Source: Stegostoma tigrinum (lineage: Eukaryota). Taken from it: a DNA stretch of 64,000 bases. Within the stretch, counting starts at the first letter, position 1. Every line of letters starts with the position of its first letter. Positions 1-13,830 of this stretch are shown here, piece after piece. Location of the stretch: positions 3,220,228 to 3,284,227 of the forward strand of contig NC_081362.1 in NCBI RefSeq assembly GCF_030684315.1. The letters run 5' to 3'. Position numbers and translations under genes: made by a program. A model generated the notes under the pieces. It had not been told where the DNA came from, ran no database searches, and saw nothing but the letters and a program-made list of their open reading frames with translations.

Positions 1-620
1 AGGCAAGAGAGGAGGAGGAGTGGCGTTTTTGATTTGGGAAAATATCGTGGCAGTGCATACAGAAGATATTTCTGGGTGATTGCCCATTGAAACATGGTAT
101 GAACTGAGAAATAAGAAAGTGATGAACACTTGGATGGGATTGTACTATTGGCTCCCCAACAGCCAGTGGGAAATTGAGAAGCAAATATGTAGGGCGTTCA
201 CAGACAGCTGTGAGAATAATAGGGTTGTAATAGTCGGGGATTTTAACTTTCCAAACATAGACTTGGAGTGACACAATGTTAAGGGCTTCAGTTGGGAGTA
301 ATTTGTTAAGTGCATTCAAAAAAACTTTCTCTATCAATGTGTAGGTGGCCGTGCTAGATACAGAGAAAACTTGACCTCCCCTTGGGAAATAAGACAGGGC
401 AAGTGATTGGGGTGTTAATGGGCAAGCACTTTGGGGACAGTGACCATAATTTTTATTCAATTTTAGAACAGTTACAGGTTAAAGTTCTAAATTGGGGCAA
501 GGCCAATTTTGGTGGCATTACAAACGAACTTACAAAAGTTTAATGGTGCAAGGGCAAGGCTGGCAGGAATAGAGAACACTGGATGACTAGAGATACTGAG
601 GCTCTGGTCAAGAAAAAGGA
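1..620 (+). mobile_element. CR1 LINE fragment (AP endonuclease region)
   Basis: GGGVAFLI and RVVIVGDFNFPNID motifs, interrupted by stops and frameshifts. Confidence 0.85.
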
Positions 621-964
621 GACACATGTCAGGAAGAGACAACTGGGTCAAGTGAATTGCTTGAGGAGTATAGGGTAGTGTGGGAGTACATTGGTACGAT
701 GACTAGGTTCTGGAGGGGAACCTGTATTTTTAGAGATGAGTGCGTTTTCAAGGGAACAATAGCTGGAGTCTTTGAAAGAGGCAGAAGTTGCTTTTCAATG
801 AAGGAGGACAAGATTTTGGAGATTTTAGAGATTTCCATAGGTCTATGCTAAGAAGTCTATCTTACCACTGAGTGGAAGTATGACCCAGGTCACTTTTCAC
901 TGGGTGAAGGGTCAAGTGTCCTTTATTAAAGGCTTTGTGGTTAATTATCAACACATTATAAAGC

Positions 965-1895
965 CATAGAGTCATGGAGACGTACAGCACAAAAACAGAC
1001 CCTCTGGTCCAACCTGCCCACACTGACCAGATATCCGAAACCAATCTTGACCCATTTGCCAGCATTTGGCCCACATGCCTCTAAACCCTTCCTATTCATG
1101 CATTCATCCGGATGCCTTTTAAATGTTGTAACTGTACCAGCCTCCACTATGTCCTCTCGCAGCTCATTCCACACATGCACCACTCTGCCTGAGAAAATTG
1201 CTCCTCATGTCAGTTTTAAGTCTTTCCCCTCTCACCTTAAACCTATGCCTTCTAGTTTTGGACTCCCCTACAGCGTGGCTCTTCACCTTATCCACACCTC
1301 TCATGATTTTATAAACCTTTGTAAGGTCACTCCTCAGTCCCCAACATTCCAGGGGAAAAGTCGCCTGCCTATTCAGTCTCTCCTTACTGCTCAAACCTTC
1401 CAATCCTGGCAATAGCCTTGTAAGTCTTTCCTGACGCCTTTCAAGTTTAACAACATCTCTCTTATAGCGGGGAGACCAGAATTGAATGCAGTGTTCCAAA
1501 AGTGATCTAACCAATGTTCTTTATAGCTGCAACATAGCCTCCCAACTTCTGCACTCAATGCACTGACCAATGACAGCAAGTGTGCCAAATGCCTTCTTCA
1601 CCACCCTGTACAACCACAACACTCCATCTTCAAGGAGCTATGCACATGCACCCCCAGATCTCTCTGTCTGGCAACATTCGCCAGGACCCTACCATTAAGT
1701 GTATAAGCCCTGCTCTGATTCATCTTACCAAAATGCAACACCCCGCATTTATCTAAATTAAACTCCTTTGCCCATTGGCCCATCTGATCACAGTCCCATT
1801 GTTCTCTGAAATAACCTTCTTCACTGTCCACTACATCTACAAGTTTGGTGTCATCTGCAAACTCACTAACCATCCCTCCTACATTCATGCCCAAG
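965..1895 (-). mobile_element. CR1 LINE 3' fragment (RT C-terminus + 3' UTR)
   Basis: FADDTKL, FNLDKCGVLHFG, RDLGVHVH and LEHCIQFWSP motifs. Confidence 0.92.
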
Positions 1896-2465
1896 TGCTA
1901 TCGGAAGATATTGTAGTTGATATATGTAGTTTGGCTGGATGTAGGTTTTTGAGACAGTTTTAGTTGAGCAGTTCCCTGTTCCCTTAGCCTAAAGTTTATT
2001 ACTGTACAATGCAGCCTCTGGTTCCAACTCCAACTCCTCTGACAAAAATATTAAAATTCTCCTTGAAAATTTGTAGGACAGTCATATTCCAAAAGACAGA
2101 TGTTTTGCTTATTTCCTTTTTCCTTTAGATCCATTTTTTAGTGTACATTTAAGTAGGAATGTTGATTGATTATTTAAACCTCCTGAGGCTGGGCAGCAAA
2201 GTCAGGAGTTTATGCGAGACTCCAAGTGATTAAGGATGTTGGATATGGTGCAATCATCACTTTCACTCCAAGCTTGTTCGCATTCTCCGCTGCAACTGTG
2301 CCTGAGCTATAGTTATTCTCCAGCTTGTTACACACTGATGTTCCTCATTATGCCTTCAAATAATTTACTGTTGAACAAACAGGGCCAGACAAGGGGAATT
2401 TCTTTTATGCGGTGAGTTGCTGTGATATGAAATGCGCTGACTGAAGGAGGGCTGGGATCAGATTC

Positions 2466-3352
2466 TTTTGATCCCAACTGATTTCACTACTGGACAAGTC
2501 AGATCCCAGAATGAAATTTGGCTTGATAGATTGTATTTTATCTATTTATCCTGCTAGACTTCCACTGAAATACGAGCTTGAAATACTACAGGTTTGGTTT
2601 TAATAATAAAGCAAATGTTTATTACATAAAAGAAATTAATATAAAATAGAACAAACTAAGCTATTTACATATAAGACAATTTGAAATTTCAAAACACACA
2701 GAAGTATACCATCCCATCTGTCCTCAACATCATAACTTAATGGAGTTCAAATACCAGTGACAGTTTCCTTCTTCATCATTTCTACGGGTTTGACTTTATC
2801 TTTTCTTTCAATTCCCAATCTTGAGATTTTGAAAATTTTTTCCTTCATTATTCACACAATTGAGCTTGAATTTTCTTTACATCAAATAACCATTTCAGCA
2901 TTCTAACCATTCTTCTGGTCTGGAATTTTCAAACCAAAATCCTTCCACTGAGATTATCTATTTTCTAAAAGTTCTGAACTAACTCCTTCCTCCAGGAGAA
3001 ACTCTTCTTATATCTAACCTCAGCCAGGTCTTCTATGAACTCCCACCAAAGCTTTCTAACCAGTTTTTCTTTTTAATTTGAAGTCACTTCTTGAAAGCAA
3101 GCTGCTGCCTTTCAATGCTAGCTCTTTCTGATCGTAAATTTCAAAATAGAAACAAATGCCCATTATCAGTCTAGGAGAGCCCCAGTCATCTGTTCTAACA
3201 GATACTGGTTTACAATCCAGGCTCCTGAGAGTTTGACAAGTTCAGCATTAAACTCCATTATACAGATAGACCAAAATTCACATGCCACCAGTTCAAAATC
3301 CAAACTCTGAAATCAACACTATTAACATATATATCACACACCTTACATTACA
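2466..3352 (-). mobile_element. Candidate solo LTR inserted into a CR1 3' end
   Basis: 6-bp TSD agattc (2460-2465 / 3353-3358). The minus strand starts TGTAA. CR1-like sequence resumes on both sides. Confidence 0.55.
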
Positions 3353-3554
3353 AGATTCAAAAGGAGCATTTGAAAGAGATTTGGAGGAATGCAAAAAGGG
3401 AGAAAGAATTGCAGGGCAATAGGGAAAGGGAGTGGAAAGTATTCACTAGTTTACCAAAGAGTCAACAACAGATGATGGCCTAATTTGTTGCTATTTCATT
3501 CCATGGCCATGCCATAACAGCACAACAAATCAATTGGGTCTTTGGAGAGAAATA

Positions 3555-3832
3555 GCAGCTGCTGCCAAGGCACAGTGGGGAAAGGCCAGTGTCTGAGGTC
3601 TTCATTCTGAAGTTAAATTGGGGTCCTTTCGGTAACTGAACCCTCCTAGTGCCTCAATGCATGTAAATATAGTCTTGAATGTACAAGAGATGTTTTTGAC
3701 TTGTTTGGATAGGGTAAAATTCCAATGTCTATTTCCTTGATATGCTACTGTACAGAACCAAACTGCATTTGTGACTGTGTATAAATGCAAAAAATTTTTA
3801 TGAATGAAATATATTTCTGAAACAAAGAAAAG
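3555..3832 (+). mobile_element. Probable L1/Tx1-type LINE 3' end
   Basis: AAAAKAQWGKASV* followed by a UTR ending tttatgaatgaaatatattt and an A-rich tail. Family assignment is from recall. Confidence 0.45.
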
Positions 3833-5029
3833 AAGTTGCAGCATGTGAACCACTATTATACATGCACTATATTATGCATTGTGTATATACATGCCCACCT
3901 TCTCTTAACATGCGCTTCCATAGCCATTCTGCATCATAGTAATGGAGCAGCAATCTTCACCCACTCACGTGTCACCAATTCATCATTTCCCCTGCTCCTT
4001 GGCCATTTCACCAACTACACAACAAGGTGCCAAACCTTACCACTGTACATGCTTCTGTTAGCAGGTTATCAGTTGTAATGTATTCACAATGGTGGGGGAT
4101 CAGATGCAGGATAGTTACAGTAACATTAGGTGACACAGCCGATCCAATTTCAATTCCATAAATGTGTTCAAAGGGTTTTGAATGAGGTAAAACTTCACCT
4201 GGCATGACGTGCCACCTAGAGGCATACAGTGCAACTTTGGTCTCAACAAATACGTAGCAATTTCAAAATAATGAACAGTACAAAAATCTACTAGGGAGAT
4301 AGGCAGGGAAATATCCACTCTTGCTCGATAGATTGGAGAGTTAGAACTGATTTCCTGAGAGAAAAAGCAGAAAGGAATAATGATAAAGGAATTTTAAATC
4401 CTGAGGGGCCTGGACTTTGTGAATAAGGAGTAATTGGTCCCATTCATAAAAGGATCAGAAATGAGAGGCAACAGATTTAGAGCAATTTGTTCATGTTAAA
4501 GAGGCATGAGTTGAATTTCAAACTGCATCAGTGAAATGAATTATCCCCCACAAATTCACAACACTCTCTTTGATATACCCAAAGCCCTACTAAATCTGGA
4601 AGATTGGTTTCATCAGAAGAGACAACAGAATTTGAAGAATCAGCTGAGCTCTTAAACATTTTTGAATAAACTTTGTCAGAATAATCAAAACTGAGTGTCT
4701 AATATTAGACAACTTTTCCAGAATTTGTAACTTGTTTTAGTTGAAAAAAAAGGACCTGATTAGAGTTGCAGCCAGCTGACTGTTGCGCATTTATAGGAAT
4801 TTGCTGCTTCCTGTTAAGCAACAGGAGCCTGGAGAAACAACGAGAAACTACCTTTCAATATGTTGACTTAACTCTTGTTGATCCCTCCCAGTTTGAAGTG
4901 GTTACTATGGAGTCAGCTGCAATGAGTTTTAGCACAATTCGTTGCTCTACTGTTATCCTTTTATATGATATTGCATACGCCCCAAAATCAAATGCCAAAG
5001 CAGCAACTACTCAGAAGATTATCAGAGCC

Positions 5030-5560
5030 CTTGTGCACTGGTGGTGGAGGAAGTGAATTTTGAGGGTACTTAACAACCAGGCAGTATTATCCTGGATGGT
5101 ATCAAGTTTCTTGAGTGTTGTTGAGTTGCACCCATCCAAGCAAGCAGAGAATATCCCATCAAACTCCTGACTTGCGCCTTACACGTGGTGGATAGGTTTT
5201 GGGAAGTCAGTGGGTCATTCACCCTCTGCTGGATTCCCAGCCTCTAGCCTGCTCTTGAGGCAAATATTTATGTGGCTAGTCCAATTGAGAATCTGGTCAA
5301 TGGTAACCCCCCCACCCCCTCCGCCAACCCCCTGGAACTTGACAATGGGGGATTTAACAGTGGTAACACAATTGAATGTCAAGAGATGCTGGTTAATTTC
5401 TCTCTGGTTGAAGATTTTCATTGCTGGGCACTTGTGTGGTAGTAAATGTCACTTGTCACTTGTCAACCCAATTTGGATGATGTCCAGGTCTTGCTGTATT
5501 TGGACATGGACTGCTTCAGTATTTGAGGAATCACAAGTAATGCTGAATGTCATAAACAGC
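5030..5560 (-). mobile_element. CR1/L2-group LINE fragment
   Basis: Similar to 17320-17690, 29610-30050 and 50530-51420 (ttcttgagtgttgttg, cctgacttgcgcct). Confidence 0.7.
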
Positions 5561-5574
5561 AAAGAAACAGGGAG

Positions 5575-6715
5575 TATATTGATTATGAAAGTAAATTGAC
5601 AAGAAATATAACAGGAAACAGCAAGATATTCTGGGAGTATATAAAGAGAAAGAGAATAGCTACAGTAATTGTGGAACCCTGGGAGGAAGCAACTGGGGAA
5701 TTAGGGTTAGGGCAGCACGGTGGCTCAGCGGTTAGCACTGCAGTCTCACAGCACCAGGGACCTGGGTTCAACTCCAGTCTCTTGCGACTGTCTGTGTGGA
5801 ATTTGCACGTTCTCCCTGTGTCTGCGTGGGTTTCCTTCAGGTGCTCCGGTTTACTCCCACAGTCCAAAGATGTGCAGTTCAGGGTGGATTGGCCATGGGA
5901 AATCACCCATAGTGTTCAGGGATGTGTAGGTTAGGGGGATGGGTCTGGGTGGGAAGCTCTGAGGGTTAGTGTGGACTTGTTGGGCCAGAGGTCCTGTTTC
6001 CACAGTGTAGGGAATGTGTGGATGAGGGAAACAACATGTAATTTAAAAAAAATTATAATGGTCTTCATGGTGGAGAACATTCTAAGCATCCCAAGGAAAT
6101 CACACTGACAAGGTGTTAACTGGAAGAAAGATCTTGAAACTGTCTCCACCATAAGGGAAAGTAGTTTGACGAACTAATGAGACTTTTCTAAGTGATGGCC
6201 TTATTCATGAAGGGAGATAGAAAGTAGGAAACTGTAGACCAGTTAGTTTAAGATCTACTATTAGGAAGATGCTAGATTCCATCATTCAGGAAAATATGTC
6301 AGGAGCATATTGAAAAGATGAACACATACATTGCATTGGAGGAGGTTCAAAGGTGATTTGCTAAGCTGACTCCTGGGGTAAAGCAGATAGCTTATTGAGA
6401 GTAGCTAACAGGTTAGGCCTTTATTCATTACAGTTTGGAAGAATGGGAAATTATCTTATTGAAATATACAAGATTCTGAGATGGCTTTACAGGTTAAATG
6501 TTGAGAAGATGTTTCTACTTTTGGGAGAATTTTGAAAGAAGGAACACAATAACAGAATAAGGAGGCACTTATTTAAAACTGAGATACAAAGAGATTTCTT
6601 CTCCCACAGGGTAGTGAATGTCTGGAATTCACTACCTCAGAGATCTGTGGGGGCTAAATCACTGAAAATATTTAATGGTTAGATGATTTTTGCAACGTAC
6701 AAGAGTGAGGGCTAT
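5575..6715 (+). mobile_element. Degenerate CR1 fragments interrupted by a SINE
   Basis: RNITGNSKIFWEYIKRKR, YRPVSL-like and 3'-end motifs. Confidence 0.7.
5710..6014 (+). mobile_element. HE1-like V-SINE (tRNA-derived)
   Basis: Box A tggctcagcggttagc, box B ggttcaactcc, V-domain tgtgtggaatttgcacgttctccctgtgtctgcgtgggtttcc and a CR1-type tail. Confidence 0.88.
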
Positions 6716-6744
6716 ACTGAGTCCTGCGGCAAAACAAACAACAA

Positions 6745-7125
6745 AGAAGTGTACAGCTCAGGAACAGGACCTTTGGCCCACCAAGACTTCTCAGATACAT
6801 GATTCCCTTCTAAACTAAACTCCTTTGTCTCTAAGCAGTCAATATCCCTCTATTTGTTGCCTATTCATACATTTGTCAAGATGCCTCCTAAGTTTTGTTT
6901 ATTGTAGCCGCCTCCACCACCTCCGTTGGCAGCATATTCCAGGCACTTTACCACCCTCTGTGTAAACAAAAATTGTCCCTCACATCTCTTTAAAATTTCC
7001 CCCTTTTACTTTAAACCTATGTTCCCTCGTATTTGACATTTCTAATCTGTGTAAAAGACGCCAGCTATCTATCCCTAACACTAACCCTAACCCTAGCCAT
7101 GCTTCTCATAAAGTTGTAAGCTTCT
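6745..7125 (-). mobile_element. CR1 3' end
   Basis: Similar to 965-1320. Confidence 0.7.
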
Positions 7126-9254
7126 AAAGAGCAAAGAACAGTGCAAATCAAACATGATCATGTTGAATGGCAGGGCAGGCTTCAGAGTCCAAATGGCCCA
7201 CTCCTGCTCCTATTTCTTCTGTTCTCAGGAAAACTTATCTCCTGTTGAGGATAAGACTTTGACAAAGTCAGTCACTTTGGTGGCGTTAGCAGCCCAAGTT
7301 AAATGTTGTCTAAGTTCAGTTGTGACCAGGCACAAACCGTTTCATTATGAGTGAAGATGGTGCATATTAACGCTTAAGGCAGCCCTACAACATGCCTACC
7401 TCCTACATTTTACTGGGAAGCTTTACACCATCTGAAATAAATGGGCCAAATCTCTATTAAAACAAGAGAACAGAATGTTATACCAGTGGGATGGATGTAC
7501 AAACACTAATATAATAACATATATTAAAAATAAGATAATATCCAGACTCAATTCTTGTATTTTAACCGTGCCAATAACTGAACATGTTCGAGATCTGTTA
7601 TAATAAATTCCAAAAGTAGCTACATGATTGCTGCAGTTTAAAAACTAATCATACAATAATGTTTAAAATGATGTCACTCATGACTATCAGCATACTATAA
7701 ATTAATGAAGTGATGAAGCAGTTTAAGAGCAGAAAAGATTTATAGAAATGCTTTTAGCTAATGCACTATTTAACATAAGAATATATTATCCTGTTGAGAA
7801 ATTAATGAAAGATAATTTGTCCCTAGTTAAATGTGACAAGATGAACATTTTCAGTGTCTTTACTGAGTGGCACTTGTAAAACAATGTTCCAAGACTTTTT
7901 TTTTTCATTTTCAACAAATATTAATAATATATGTAAGGTCAGGAGATTCATGTTAATTTTATAACTCTTTTGGAAAAGCGACTACGTAATGGACGTTAAA
8001 TAATGATGAATTATGCAGTGCATTTCAGCAAGATAAAAATGATGGATAGGTTGTTATGAAGTAGCAGTGTGAAGATGCAGATAGAAAAACCCAAACTGAT
8101 ATGTTTGTGCAAATGGACAGCACAGTGTGGCACCATGCCATGCAAACCAGGATAATCTTGTATTTGATGCCTGGACTTTGCTGATTTCAATTGGGCTCCC
8201 GTTAGAATTGACTCTAAGTTGCAGGTAAAAGTTGCATTGTTGAACAGGTTGATAATATCCACTTGTAGGAAACTGCTACACACAGGCAGTGCTAACTGAT
8301 TCAGATATTTAAGAGCTATATATGTTGCTGGATCTGCAGCCTGACGAAAAAAAAATCACTGTTTTAAAGAGTGGGGTAATTGTGCCAGAAATTAAAGGGG
8401 AAATTGATGGTAAATCTTAATGGAGAGACAACATTTAACAATCTCCATTAAAAGGTTAATGTTTGGCCTAAATGCAATGTTGTGCATCATATACCTGGGC
8501 TAAGAGCTGAAAAGTGGATCTTGTGTCGATAGAGATTCTTTGCCAGTATGGACTCAATTGTTCAAAGGACCTCTTATGTACTGTGTGATTCATTGAATCC
8601 ACAAAACCTTGTACCAAATTCTCCTCTACTATGTATATTATTTAAAGTATAATTTTATGGAAGGAATGATATTATGTCATTTTAGTAACTTCATTTTGCA
8701 CACTTTTAGGATCTTCATTGCATTTGAATTCTGAGGCAACCTTCTGCAAGAACTGACACACATTGGGTCATGGTGGAGCAACGCTTTCATTTTAAAATTC
8801 TCAAGCTTGAGATGAAATACCACCAAGACCCCACTTCTCCACGATCTCCTCCGGCCACTAAAACCTTCCAAGTGATATCTGCAGTCCTCTAAGTCTGACA
8901 TATTGTTTGTAATTACCTCCCATCATTGGTTGCCAAACCTTCAGCTATCTGGATCACAAGCTCTGGAACATCCCCATTCCACACCAACTCCCACCCCACC
9001 CCTACTAAACCTCTCCATCCGTCTATCTACATAAAGACGCGCCTTAAATCCATCTCTTTGTCCAAGCTTTTGACCATCTGACACAATATCTCAATGTGGA
9101 TCAGTGTCAGACCTTAATTTATCATTCTCCTCAAAAGCAACTTAGATCATTTTGCCGTGCGGATAAGTTACATAAATACAAGTCATTTTCCTCAACCACA
9201 TCAATTTATATGAGTAGAGAAATCATTTCTGATGAACGTTTCAATGTAGCCCCT

Positions 9255-9780
9255 GTGTGTTTGTGGGTGCCACATTATAGGAAAGACACGTAGATGTTGA
9301 AGAGAGAGCAAAAATGATTTACAAGAATGGTTCCAGGAATAAGAAACTTTAGTGATGAGGAGTGATTGGAGAAGTTGAGACTGTTCTCCGTGTGGAAGAG
9401 AAGACTGAGAGGAGAGCTGGTAGAGGCTTTTGAAATCATGAGTGGTCTATACAGAATCGTTGAGATGAAGCTGTTCCATCTTGTAAAATAAACAAGAACA
9501 GGAGGGTGTGGGTTTAAAATGACGTGCAAAAGAAGCAAGGGTGAGAAAAAAATCTTTTTAACAGTTTGTAGTTAGGGTCCAGAATGCACTTCCTGGAAAT
9601 GTGGCGGAGACAGGTTTAGTTGATGCATTCACGAGGGACCTTGGATGATAATTTGGATAGAAAGAGTGTGCCGGGTTATGGGGTAAAGGCAGGTAATGTT
9701 GCTCGCTTGAAGGTTCAGTGCAGATATAATGGGCTGAATGGCTTCCTTCTGCATTGTAACAAATCTGTGATTCTGTGAAC
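9255..9780 (+). mobile_element. CR1 3' fragment
   Basis: WVPHYRKD...FTRMVPGIRNFSDEE, RRLRGELVEAFEIM, and a 3' UTR ending gggctgaatggcttccttctgcattgt. Confidence 0.8.
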
Positions 9781-10434
9781 TCCAATAAAGTAGCAATATT
9801 CTGGATGCAAAACTATTTTTTTTGTCTTAGTTGTTGAATGCTGTAGGGTTACTGCTTTGAATCTAACTGACATTACTGTACATTCAGACCACCACCCACG
9901 ACAGACATAAACTCCAAAAGAACATTTGTCCCAATCGATTTTCAATCCCTGCACAAAAAATAAAGATAGAATCACATATTTATTGTAGGGAAGTTATAGT
10001 CTGGTACATCATTCAAAGTTAGGAAGAAACTCAAGGGTGCTTTTAAAGTAGTACTCGGGTTATACTACACTGTTGAGAGTAATAATCACACTCCCAAAAG
10101 TGCCATATAGAGATTCTGGCTGCGTTCAGTTTGATTTGAAATGAGACCACCTTTATGAATGTGTCACATGGTGGATTAGAACCTCTTTCCTTTCTTTCCC
10201 TTAGGTGGTCCCTTGGGATCAAGGATGACAGCGTTGGTGTGACACTTGGCATCCCCTATCAGCTTTCACATTACAAAGATATCCAGTTTTATTCAAAGGC
10301 AGTACAGAACATTTTCCTCACATTTGAAGCTGTAACTTTGTGAATCTTTAGGACCCAGGGTAATTTTGTGTACCATTGTGGTATTAAACAGGCACTATTA
10401 AAAAAAAACTGACATCCACTTTGCTTTTTTAAAT

Positions 10435-10750
10435 TTATTCTTCCAATGGGGCTTGGGCATTAGGCCACTATTTAGTACACATCCCTAATTGCCCCTAAAC
10501 TGCATGGTTTGCTGGGGCAGTACAGAATCAACCCCATTGCTATGGGTCTGGAGTCACATGTAGACTGCACTGGGTAAGGATGGCAGATTTCCTTCATTCG
10601 TGAACTGGGCAGGTTGATATTTTAACAGCGGTCATCGTCACTGACACTAGCTTTCAATTCCAGCTTGATGCAATGAGAATTAAACCCATGCCCCTCAAGT
10701 ATTAGCCTGAGGCCTCCCAACTACTCGCCCAGTAGCATGACACAGCACCA
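10435..10750 (-). mobile_element. tRNA-derived SINE with LINE-shared tail
   Basis: Similar to 23570-23850(+) and 30060-30420(-): ggagtcacatgtag, aaggatggcagatttccttc. Confidence 0.65.
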
Positions 10751-12599
10751 TCACTGCCTGCCTCTGATAAAGCTCCCATCACCCAGTTCACTCTTGAGAA
10801 CGGTCAAAATTAGCTCCAATTTGTATAAATTGGAATCCTGCATTCATGAGACTAGAATTTGAGATAGGAAAAAGTCAGTTCAAAGTGTGAAACAAATATA
10901 CTTTCAGTAGATTAAAACTTTGCTAACCGAACACTTTAAGTCACAGTTAAGTCCCAGAGAAAGCATGAGTCACCCAAACAACCCATAGCAACTAAGAACT
11001 TCCAGCAATTCTGATAAGGGGCCTCAATTTAATCTCTTACACTTTCAATGAGTGATTTTCCCTTTGCACATCTCTTTGGTTCCATGCAGACACTCATGTA
11101 CCAAACAGCACTGGCCGTGGTGAGATTTGAGTCCACAATTCTGTTTTAGTGGCTCAATGACCATTACCACTGTACAACCTTCTCTTGCCAGATTGTGAAA
11201 CATGAATGTACCAGATTGACTTCAAACCCCAGCTGCCTCATGAATGATCTTCAGAGAAGGAAATCTGCCGAACTTATCCAGCCTGGCCTATGTTTGACTC
11301 CAGACCTACAGAAATGTGGTGGACCCTAAAATGAGCTCTGAAATGACCCAAGCAAGTCACACGTGATTTACAACGGAACTGCAATAGCTCAAGAAAGTAT
11401 CTTCTTAAGGGTATTTAGGGATGGAATACAATTGCTGCCACTGATGCCTGCATTCCATGAATGAATGAAAAGGTCACAAACATGGACAGGTGTTGGATGA
11501 GGGAAGGGCCAGGCTAGAACCATGTTGACTTTTCCTGTGAATTCTCTCAATAATTGACAATCCCAACACTCCTCGATATAAAGGATCATTCACAAAGCCT
11601 AGCCAGCTGGGAGCTGTCAAAGTAACGACTGATAAGAGCGGACCCCAGTACGATACTGCAGGTCGGAAATTACATTGGGTCGCTAACACAAAGCGTTTGA
11701 TATTACGTCCACTGCCTGTTACAAGCCTCTGTTGTTGTTCTGCAGAGGGCAGTGAAATTGAATGTCAGGCTTGGTGTACACTGATGTTAAGTACAAACAC
11801 ATTGCATTCCCACCCAAGAGAAATCCCAGCTCTGCACATTAAGGCATGAAATGGTGCAAAAATGGAAGAAAAACTTAAGTATCAGTTCCAATACGGAATG
11901 AGCTGAGCAAGTAATTAACTCTATCTGTCACTTCCACCCTGTCTAAGCCACTATGGTCCTCAGACTGATTCATGGACCAATGAATGGGAGTAGGGATAGG
12001 GAGACAAAGATGCTTAATCAATGCCATATTAATGGAATGAGACTGTATCTTCTCCACTGGGATAATTGTCACCAGAAATGCTGAATATTGTAAAAGAGGG
12101 TATTCTGGTGACAGTAAAAGCGTAAAGTAGATTAATTAGAATTAAGATGGGACCAAAATGAAGAAACTTACATAAATTTTTTAAAAATTCTTAAAAGGAC
12201 AATGTAGCTCCAATCCATTAACCAGATAACATTCTTAACTTGATGGCACAGCTATATATTTTTTGTGGTTTAAATCAAACATTCCATTTTAAGGGACAAG
12301 GAGCTGTTCCAAATAAGTTAACAATGTGATGTTATAGCAAAGTCAAGCTTCAGAGTCATGGTCATTCATATGGAATGAGAAGTGGATGAATTTTGCCTCT
12401 TATGTCACTGACAGAAATGAGCTAACGAACAGGCAAGAGTGAGTCTCAGCTCCCACCTCCACAGACTTGTTCAGATTTTTGAGGTGAAGAAATGGTCAGG
12501 ATAGCAGAGCCCACAGTTATTAAAGGATAAATTGAGCAGTAATTCTGGTAATCACACTTGCTCAGTTCAGCACAGAAATCCAAATAATGCTGTGTGAGG

Positions 12600-12833
12600 C
12601 AACACAGTGTGGAGCTGGAGGAACGCAGCAGGCCAGAATATCAGAGAAACAGGAAAGTCACCATTTCAGGCCGGGGCCCTTCATCAGAACTGGCTTTGCA
12701 GTATGGATTTACAAGTTCTGATAAAGTGTTCTGATCAAAACATCAACTCTGACGCTGCCTGGCCTGCTGTGTTCCTCCAGCTCCACACTGTGTTGGCTCT
12801 GACTCCAGCATCTACAGTTCTTGCTGTCTCTGA
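12600..12833. mobile_element. Mini-PLE with two inverted ends
   Basis: caacacagtgtggagctggaggaac...gttcctccagctccacactgtgttg with the tail at right. Hammerhead remnants on both strands. Degenerate 14-bp TSD (12586-12599 / 12833-12846, 3 mismatches). Confidence 0.8.
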
Positions 12834-13333
12834 ATGATTTGCGAGGTGTACAGTATCACTGAATCCCACTTGGTGCAAAAAAGCAAGGAAGTTCTAAAGT
12901 TGTATCAGTTACTCAACTCACAGGCACCAGAAAAGGTTAAAGCTCATTTCTAACCTGTCAAGAACAAGTGGGGTTGAACAATCAGTATTGGTCCTACCAG
13001 CAGAGTTCACAACCCATATGTGACAGCAAGGGGTCACATGCTGACCTTCTGTCCACACATGATCAAGCCATCATGGCATAAGTTCTCTTTTTGTCAGGGT
13101 TAAGGATCTATTTCCAGGAGAATTCTGATCAAAGAAGATGTGAGGTTGGTTGATCACAAACCGACTTGAGGAGACTGTGACATCTCCTCAGTGTTGACAC
13201 TGTCCCGTCTGCTTCCTACGTCACAGTCCACAGTTCACACTCAGTGCTTAGGAGCGAGCGAATCCACAAGCAATGGAGCCAGGGATGAGAGAAACAGGGA
13301 GAACATGGATCAGGGAGACCCCCAGTCAGTGAC

Positions 13334-13830
13334 AGTCCGGGTCAGAGAGAGTCTGGGTCAGGGAGAGTCCGGGTCAGAGAAAGTCCGGGTCAGGGAGAGT
13401 CCGGGTCAGTGAGACTGGATCAGTGAGAGACTGTGTCAGTGAGAGTCTGGATCAGGGAGAGTCCGGGTCAAGGAATGTCTGTATCAGTCAGGGTCTGGGT
13501 CAGGGAGAGTCCGGATCAGTGAGAGTCCAGGTCAGGGAGAGTCCGGGTCAGTGAGACTGGATCAGTGAGAGTCCGGGTCAGTGAGAGTCCGGGCCAGGGA
13601 GAGTCCGGGTCAGGGAGAGGCCGGATCAGTGAGAGTCCAGGTCAGGGAGAGGCCGGATCAGTGAGAGTCTGGGTCAGTGAGAGTCCGGATCAGTGAGGGT
13701 CTGGGTCAGGGAGAGTCTGGGTCAGTGAAAGTCCGGATCAGGGAGAGCCCGGGTCAGTGAGAGCCCGGGTCAGTGAGAGTCTGGGTCAGGGAGAGTCCGG
13801 GTCAGTGAGAGTCCGGATCAAGGAGAGTCC
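13334..13830. repeat. 16-bp minisatellite (GTCAG[T/G]GAGAGTCCGG)n, ~31 copies
   Basis: Direct tandem units with point variants and occasional 14-bp units, no unique spacers. Confidence 0.95.

Noticed and set aside
5701-5712. TTAGGGTTAGGG as a telomeric insertion
   Set aside because: Only two units, partly formed by the SINE's 5' GGG. Compatible with chance.
5710-5785. Functional tRNA gene
   Set aside because: It is the tRNA-derived head of a HE1/V-SINE and continues into the V-domain and LINE tail.
13334-13830. CRISPR-like array
   Set aside because: Contiguous 16-bp tandem units with no unique spacers, no cas genes and a vertebrate context.
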